Positions 58,755-64,000 of a stretch of DNA of 64,000 bases are shown here, piece by piece. The position numbers and the translations under genes were made by a program. The DNA is taken from assembly GCA_001643675.2 (NCBI GenBank), contig LSRY02000004.1:682001-746000 (forward strand), read 5' to 3'. This DNA comes from Monocercomonoides exilis PA203. Lineage: Eukaryota > Protista > Preaxostyla. A model generated the notes under the pieces. The model saw only the letters and a program-made list of their open reading frames with translations, was not told the origin of the DNA and did no database searches. Within the stretch, counting starts at the first letter, position 1. Each line of letters begins with the position of its first letter.

Positions 58755-59656
58755 TAAGTGGACAGATTAGCAAGCCCTGTTGATTTTGTCTCGATGATGC
58801 AGTTCAACTGCAGTGGGAGATTCAATTTGATTGACAGAAACTATCCCTGCTTTAGCATTTGCCGATCGGAAAAACACTTGATAATCATTAATGATTCAAA
58901 TTCAATAAAACAACAACAAACACATTGGTTATTGCATTAATTGTACAGACAATAATAGTGTTTCAAAAATTTTTATCGAAATTTCTTTTATCAATCAAAT
59001 TTTTATACCCGATCATGTTTCTTCACTAGAATGAACATAATAGCATAATCAAATTATGACTTTCTTTTTTGTGACGTTTCTTGAGTGCGAACATAAATTT
59101 GATCAAGATTCGATTTTTTTATTTCATTTGAAAACCATTCTTAAGCGACTTTTCAAAAAGAATTATAAGTATTTAAACATTTACTGATATTTTTTGATTC
59201 AAAATAAAAAAAATTCAATTTTATTTTTGTGTTTATTTTGAAAAATTTAATTGAAAATCAAAAATTTCTAAAAGTTAATAATTGTCTTGAATTATATTTA
59301 ACAAACTCAGAATAAGAACAATTCATTTAATAAACATCTTTGTTTTTCTTTCATCTTTAACATTGGCTTCAGAATTTATTCCAAATCATTTTGCATTTCA
59401 ATGATAAATTTCTGTTTAATGAAAATAAGCAAATTCACAATAAATATTTCGAAAAAGAATAAGATTTTTTAAATTAACACCAAATACCTAAGACAAAAAA
59501 TATTTTTTTTCAAAATTCAAACAAAAATGTGATTTCAAAAATGTAAGCCACATAAACATTGCTAAATTTTCAATAGTTTTTTTTTTCGATCAAAATTCCA
59601 AAAATAATATCAAAAAAATTTCAGTAAAAGCATAGTGCTAATAATCTATCAAATGA

Positions 59657-59660
<4 letters not shown>

Positions 59661-59700
<40 letters not shown>
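59661..59700. repeat. (TA)20 microsatellite
   Basis: Seen directly. Confidence 0.95.
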
Positions 59701-59703
<3 letters not shown>

Positions 59704-59830
59704 CACACAAGAAAAATATTTCGCATTTTTTAAAACGAAATACAAATGAATCAAAAACAAAATCTTGAACATTCTACGAAACACTAATCTAATACAAGAA
59801 AAAAAAAAAAAAATAAAGTGAATAAATAAA

Positions 59831-62800
59831 TTATTGTAATTTTTTCAGTATTTCCGATTGAACAGGATCTATACCGGTAATTGTGGAGATAACATCAATC
59901 CATTGATTCGCCAGTTCCTCAGACGCTGCAACCAGATCGACAGATCGAGATGCAAATTGGAGCGAAAATGAAGAACATTCTTCGCTTCTCAAAAGCGCAC
60001 TGACACCAGGCTGGGGAGCATTTTCGTTACCTTTCTGTTTAATTTTCTTCTGCCATCGACTGTACATAGCCTCATATTTCTCTCTCTCTGCTGATTTCTT
60101 CTTCATGAACGTTTCTGTCTGCCTGCCCCGAATGATTTGAGTCAGATCCACAAGTGAGAGGTGCTTGGCTGGTGCGACAGAAGGCAAACGGGACGGGTTT
60201 TCGGGAAGCCAAAAGACAAGAAATGAAGAAAGTGCTTGCGAGAACTCTGACTGGGAAATACAAGGAGCATTTTGACTATCCTGTAATTGCGAAGAAGAAG
60301 AAGAAGAAGAAGAAGATGATGATGATGAAGCTGCACTTGCTGCATTTAATTTTGATGGAAGTAGCATAGAATTAAATAAAAACACCCATCTTTGAACTTG
60401 CTTTCCGTTTGTGCAATACTTCACAAACTTTGTTGGTTTATTGATCAATGGCTCTATTTTTTTCCACGTTGAATTCCAACTTTGCTGTTCTGAATCTTTT
60501 TTCTCATTCGATTCTTCATTATCTTCACGGCTCATATCTTCTTTTTCACTTTCATCATCATCATCATCTTCATTTGCACTTTTTCTTTCATTCACTTTAG
60601 ATTCTTTTTCTTCTTTTCCCTCTTCATCCTCTTCATCCTCTTCATCATCATGACGACGTTCCCTGTTTGATTTCTCCTCTTTTGAATGGCCCTTCTTTTC
60701 ATCAATTGGACTTTTGTCTGGTTTTTCGTTCTTTCCTTCATCACATTCTGCCTCTTCATCTCCCTTTGCCAATGTCTGCTCTTCAACTTCCACTTCTTCA
60801 TTTTCATCCAAATTCTGCTCTTTCTCCCTCTCCATCTCTTCTGCCTGCTCTTCATTCGTTTCCTCTCGTTCGTTCTGTGAAAGTGCCTCGCTTTCTTCGA
60901 CATCTCCCGCCTGCTCATTCATCAGCAGCGGGTGTGATGAAACATCTACAGCCGAAAAAGAGACAGGCGAGCGACGAATCATCTGCCGGATGCTTTCCGC
61001 TTCCCCTTCTCCCCCTTCGTCTGTTCCATTGCTTCCTTCTGAGGTTGTTTGTCTTTCCCGCTCTTGAGAAGATTGCTCACCACTTTGAGCATTTCCACTG
61101 GAATCTAACAACATTTCTGTGGTTTCCTGCATTCTGCCCAATTGTTGACAATCACTTCCTTCAACAGTTTTATGCTCTTCATCCTCATTGCCTTGCCTGT
61201 TTCCTTCCTCTTCTGAATAACCATCCTGCCTTGCAACGTTGGGATGCTTACTCTCATTTTTGTCTCTATCTTCTGCTTCATCCAACAAAAAGGCCAGAGG
61301 ATGTGCATCAGCCTCGACCCACTCAATCAAATGCGCCGGATCAAGCCCCGGCGTCTCATTAGCATCCAAACCGTTGTCTTCCTCCTTGTCGTTGGCCACC
61401 AATGCTTCTGGCTCTTCTGCTTCCTCTCCCACTCCTCTTCCTCTTTCGTCCTCCTCTTTCTCCCACCCAGTTCCACTCATCCTGTCTTGGTGTTGCTTTC
61501 TCTGCAGCAGACTAGTCATGTTCATCATGTACAGTTCATCCACACTTTCCTCTGCTGTCTCGTCATCTGCCCATTGAATTCTTGCAAAGTTAAGTGCCTC
61601 CCCCGATTTCCACACAGCCGCACCGCTGCTTCCATCTTCATTGGTCAATTCGTTCAATTCATCTGCACCAAAACAAAGCTCCTCTTCGTCATTGACAGGA
61701 TCCAGCCACGCTCTTCGCATCGCTTTTATCCTCTTCCGCTTTTCGATTGCAGCAAGCTTCTTCTTTGCCCTTTCTCTGGCTCTTTCTCTTCCGCGCTGCA
61801 TTCCCCTCACAAAATCGCTTGTCATTGGCATCTCCATCGGCGGCTCGTGGACAAGCGCTGGGGTGAGATAGAATGCAGGTGAGTGAACAATCACATTTGG
61901 GTCTGTGGAAGAAACAGGAGGAGGCGAGTGAGGAGACTGAGAGGTGTCAAACACAAATGAGGAGCTGGAGGCGAGCGGGCTGTGCATTCGGCCTGTGCGT
62001 CCTAAGAGAGGCGGGATGGAAAGAGAAGAGCTGAGGGAACGAGGTGTCAGAGAGACCAAAGAACGAGGTGATGATGGAGAAGAAGGAGATGAAGAAGGAG
62101 GAGGAGAAGAAGGAGAAGAAACAGGAGGAGCAGAAGAAAAAGAGAAAGAAGGAGAAGTTAACGATGATGATGAAGCAGAAGCAGAAGCAGAAGCGGAAGA
62201 AGCAGATGCTGACAGAGCCTTTGTGTCGAGCATTCGAAGAGAAGATGAAATGTGCAGTGAAACAAGAGGAGATTGATAAGGAGGAAAAGAAGGAAAAGAA
62301 GGAGAAGATAGAGAGTTTGAATGAGTGCTACGTGACAATTGGGATCTGCTGGCTGATATTGGCGTTGAAAGAGGAGATTTTCCAGTTGATTCGACAGAAG
62401 TAACAGAGGAAGTAGAAGTAGAAGCAGAAGAGGAATTAGACGAATGCGAAGAATTTGGCTTCTCTGTTGATTGCCTCGAGTCTACAGGACAAAACACCCA
62501 CTCTTTTCCTTTCCCTCCATTTTGCTGGCTTTCGCGAGCGAAAAAAGCAAACTCAATCTGATTCTTACTCCTCTTTCTGTTGCCATTCCCCTCTCCTTCT
62601 TCTTCTCCTTCTCTTTCTTCCTCATCATAACCATCTTCTTCTTCTTCTTCTTCATCATCGTGCTCGCTTTCTTCCATCAGCTGAGGTAACATCGCATCAC
62701 GATCATAACCATCGCTCTCACTTTCACTGACAATCTCATTCAAGAAGTCGTCGTCTTCATCATATGCTCCATCTTCGCTGTTGTCTGCGCCTTGCGCTTC

Positions 62801-64000
62801 CACAAGCAGTCTATTCTGCCCAAACTCGCTCCACACAAGCGGATTGCGCTTGCTTTCTTCGCCTTTTTCCGATCTTTTTTCACTTTTGTGATGAGAAGGA
62901 AGAATAAAAACAGGACTTTGTGTTTGTTTCTGATTTGGTGTGTGAATTGATGAAGGGGGTTCTCCATCTTCTTTCGACTCTTTCATAAATTCCTCCGAAT
63001 CTATCTGAATTTTTTCATCAGCATCATTTGATTGACTTTTGTGCATAACATTATCAATGGACTCTGTTTTACTTGTTTCATTCTGGAATATCAGCCCAAC
63101 AAAAGAGCCTTTCTTTTCATCATATCCGCCCTTCCATTCATTATTTTGTTGTTCCCCTTCTTTCTTCAGCATCCATCTTTTCTCTTCTGAATCATCTGCA
63201 TCTGCCTCTTGAAGCTCTCTTCTTTCCATTTTATCTGCAACTGCCGTATCTCTTCGATATGTTGTCAGAATCACAGCTTCATCGCTTCCTTTGTTGTTGG
63301 AATACTCAAAAAACTGACCCAGTTTTGAATTTCTGGCTTTGTCTGTTCCATCAACTTGTTCACTAATAAACTTTCCTTCATCCTCCTTCGTTGACTCTCG
63401 ATCTCTCTCACACTCATCATGTTCGGCACATTCTCTTCCTTCCCTTCCTTCCCTCTCTTCTCTCTCCTCCTCTTTCTCCCCCCTCTCACTCATCACCATC
63501 CTCCTCAGCTGCTCTGCCTGCGCCGACTCTCTCTTCACCATCTGCTGCAATTCGTCTCTTTGCTTCGCCTCGTCTTCTCTCAGCTGCCTCTCCTCGTATT
63601 CCACACTCAGCGCCGTCGAATGCCGCAGCCGCCGCGACCTCTGCGACGACAGCAGGAGACGCTCGTCGTTGGGATACCACAGCTTAAGGGGAGTGGAAGA
63701 GGAGAGAGAAGAAGAAGAAGAAGAGGGTGAAGAAGATGATGAATTCTTTATGTTGGATGAAAGAGCTCTTGGTTTTGAATTGCATTCTGTGATTGATGGA
63801 TCATTAGTGTTTACACCAGTCGATGAAACAGCAGATGATGATGATGATGATGATGACTGATTTGGCGTTGCTTGGAGACAGTTGTTCTCTGAGTTAAGTG
63901 TTTCTGATTGAGATTGATCTGAACTAGCAGCATCTTCTTCATTTGCTTTGATAGAAGCACTGGTTGATGCATCAGAAGAAGCAGATGAAGAGGTTGATGA
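59831..64000 (-). CDS. Large acidic/Ser-rich protein with C-terminal PLC/Num1-type PH domain; 5' end outside window
   Basis: Frame stays open from 64000; PH motifs FVKYCTNGKQVQRWVFL, DLTQIIRGRQTETF, SFSLQFASRSVDLVAASEELANQWI. Confidence 0.8.
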   Translation of the reverse strand, partial: SSTSSSASSDASTSASIKANEEDAASSDQSQSETLNSENNCLQATPNQSSSSSSSSAVSSTGVNTNDPSITECNSKPRALSSNIKNSSSSSPSSSSSSLSSSTPLKLWYPNDERLLLSSQRSRRLRHSTALSVEYEERQLREDEAKQRDELQQMVKRESAQAEQLRRMVMSERGEKEEEREEREGREGRECAEHDECERDRESTKEDEGKFISEQVDGTDKARNSKLGQFFEYSNNKGSDEAVILTTYRRDTAVADKMERRELQEADADDSEEKRWMLKKEGEQQNNEWKGGYDEKKGSFVGLIFQNETSKTESIDNVMHKSQSNDADEKIQIDSEEFMKESKEDGEPPSSIHTPNQKQTQSPVFILPSHHKSEKRSEKGEESKRNPLVWSEFGQNRLLVEAQGADNSEDGAYDEDDDFLNEIVSESESDGYDRDAMLPQLMEESEHDDEEEEEEDGYDEEEREGEEEGEGNGNRKRSKNQIEFAFFARESQQNGGKGKEWVFCPVDSRQSTEKPNSSHSSNSSSASTSTSSVTSVESTGKSPLSTPISASRSQLSRSTHSNSLSSPSFPSFPPYQSPLVSLHISSSLRMLDTKALSASASSASASASASSSSLTSPSFSFSSAPPVSSPSSPPPSSSPSSPSSPRSLVSLTPRSLSSSLSIPPLLGRTGRMHSPLASSSSFVFDTSQSPHSPPPVSSTDPNVIVHSPAFYLTPALVHEPPMEMPMTSDFVRGMQRGRERARERAKKKLAAIEKRKRIKAMRRAWLDPVNDEEELCFGADELNELTNEDGSSGAAVWKSGEALNFARIQWADDETAEESVDELYMMNMTSLLQRKQHQDRMSGTGWEKEEDERGRGVGEEAEEPEALVANDKEEDNGLDANETPGLDPAHLIEWVEADAHPLAFLLDEAEDRDKNESKHPNVARQDGYSEEEGNRQGNEDEEHKTVEGSDCQQLGRMQETTEMLLDSSGNAQSGEQSSQERERQTTSEGSNGTDEGGEGEAESIRQMIRRSPVSFSAVDVSSHPLLMNEQAGDVEESEALSQNEREETNEEQAEEMEREKEQNLDENEEVEVEEQTLAKGDEEAECDEGKNEKPDKSPIDEKKGHSKEEKSNRERRHDDEEDEEDEEGKEEKESKVNERKSANEDDDDDESEKEDMSREDNEESNEKKDSEQQSWNSTWKKIEPLINKPTKFVKYCTNGKQVQRWVFLFNSMLLPSKLNAASAASSSSSSSSSSSSSQLQDSQNAPCISQSEFSQALSSFLVFWLPENPSRLPSVAPAKHLSLVDLTQIIRGRQTETFMKKKSAEREKYEAMYSRWQKKIKQKGNENAPQPGVSALLRSEECSSFSLQFASRSVDLVAASEELANQWIDVISTITGIDPVQSEILKKLQ

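Overview
AT-rich, intron-containing eukaryotic DNA in the standard genetic code (alpha-tubulin and RPL32 end in TAA). Gene style and the lineage-specific families suggest an oxymonad such as Monocercomonoides; this is inference, not a database match. The left half holds a giant membrane-anchored unknown protein, an AAAP/SLC38-like amino-acid transporter, a lineage-specific hypothetical protein, a DENN Rab-GEF, alpha-tubulin, a histidine acid phosphatase-like protein, a Kelch-PSI membrane protein, RPL32 and COP9 subunit CSN1. The right half holds two tandem, intronless giant receptor-like genes (2680 and 3981 aa), two head-to-head DD35D pogo-type DNA transposons (one nearly intact, one decayed) and the 3' part of a PH-domain gene. 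The best candidate for a novel system is the giant receptor pair: 4 vs 8 GGx/FxxN beta-helix-type ectodomain modules, one TM helix, and a TKL-like pseudokinase tail that is almost identical in DNA for about 1 kb starting right at the inner face of the membrane. Other signals: a G-U-rich hairpin with a tRNA T-arm/B-box in the transposon, a multi-hairpin intergenic ncRNA candidate, a foldback repeat next to long poly(A) tracts, and a probable GC-AG intron.
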